From the NCBI RefSeq assembly GCF_010692555.1, contig NZ_JAAHHG010000001.1:44024-68023 (forward strand): 24,000 nt of DNA, given 5' to 3'. Below the pieces are notes generated by a model. The model was not told the DNA's origin and did no database searches. It was given only the letters and a program-made list of their open reading frames with translations. Below, piece by piece: positions 23,256-24,000 of this stretch (position 1 is the stretch's first letter; every line of letters begins with the position of its first letter). A program made the translations under genes and the position numbers. This stretch comes from Okeania sp. SIO3B5. GTDB taxonomy: Bacteria; Cyanobacteriota; Cyanobacteriia; Cyanobacteriales; Microcoleaceae.

Positions 23256-24000
23256 TTGACATACTCCCGACGCTCCCCTACGGGAGAGCGCGGGATTCTT
23301 CAGTCAGAGAGGCCCTGACCGCAGTTTTAACAGAAGTGATGCCCTCCTTCTGTGTTGATAGCAATCCAACCCACCTCCATCCCCTCCCGGGAGGGGAGCT
23401 AGAGGGGTGGGTGAGTTATAATCACGGTCTAATTCTTGACCACAATTACTACAAGAATGCCAGCGCTCAGATAAGCTTTTAGAAACTTTTCTCAAGCACT
23501 CCCAACAATATTGAGACGTACCTTTTGGGTCTACGCATGATAACTCGTTTACCCAGTTTCCAAGCCACATACTCTAAAACTTGGATGAATTGACCAAAAG
23601 CTACATCTTGTAAAGACTTATTCAGTCGTGACTTTGCAGATTGGCCGTTTGGTAAGAACTGACCATTGTCAGCTAATTTCGCTTTGCAACGTCGAAGTAA
23701 ATTTGAGAGCTGCAAATCTTCGCGCGAAAATCACACTAATATCTGAAAACAGATGGTAAGCCAGTTTGAATTGCCAGTCCAGTCGTTGTCTAGCTATAAG
23801 TTGGTGCAGTTTTGCTATTTTACGTTTGAGAATTTTCCAAGATTTTGAATGTTTCTGTTTCTTAGCCAATCTCACCTGAAGTTTAGATAATCTATGTTCA
23901 CAGAGCCTAAAAAACTTAGGGACTTCTATAAACTCACCGTCGCTAGTCACAGCATAGTGCAACAACCCTAAATCAATACATGCATGAGTTATCTTCGGTG
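23256..24000 (-). pseudogene. tnpB: TnpB pseudogene (at least 2 frameshifts plus a 49-bp palindromic insertion), partial at the window edge, with its right end and omegaRNA-like region
   Basis: Three frames read as follows. Frame 1: ..ACIDLGLLHYAVTSDGEFIEVPKFF..KLHQLIARQRLDWQFKLAYHL. Frame 2: EDLQLSNLLRRCKAKLADNGQFLPNGQSAKSRLNKSLQDVAFGQF. Frame 3: VDPKGTSQYCWEC..HSCSNCGQELDRDYN. RuvC-III is split by a GC-rich palindrome at 23366-23414. The right end ..GGGAGTATGTCA lies at about 23257-23268, the same terminus as the 19645 copy. Confidence 0.85.

Overview
This is an AT-rich cyanobacterial chromosomal window. The evidence is HIP1 octamers (GCGATCGC at 2668, 7556, 9668, 9736, 14652, 15994), heptamer tandem arrays almost everywhere, an NblS/Hik33-type kinase and a DnaB gene with two inteins. 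From memory this strongly resembles Trichodesmium erythraeum; no search was run.

Gene order: ProX-like betaine-binding lipoprotein (-); rplI (+); dnaB (+, 1612 codons, with two in-frame inteins, one holding 2.1 kb of in-frame 252-bp tandem repeats); an apparently intact IscB (OMEGA, Cas9-ancestor) gene with a structured upstream leader that is a candidate omegaRNA, bracketed by ~240-bp direct repeats; a two-gene operon (-) of a membrane-anchored NACHT/HEAT STAND NTPase plus a multi-pass membrane protein; Uma2-family nuclease (-); FKBP-type PPIase (-); phasin-like coiled-coil protein (-); small zinc-ribbon membrane protein (+); NblS/Hik33-like histidine kinase (-); a truncated TnpB pseudogene (-); a second sensor histidine kinase (-); and a frameshifted TnpB pseudogene (-) that runs off the window end.

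Intergenic DNA is unusually long. It is filled with at least three small mobile or dispersed repeat families, GC-rich palindromic mini-insertions, and decayed duplicates of the kinase 3' end. I recognised no rRNA, tRNA or CRISPR array.

The most interesting candidates are the IscB/omegaRNA locus with its guide-like flank repeat, the NACHT plus membrane-protein pair, the repeat-bearing DnaB intein, and a CX2CX7CX10C module shared by the NblS-like kinase and the neighbouring small protein.

All homology calls come from reading motifs by eye.
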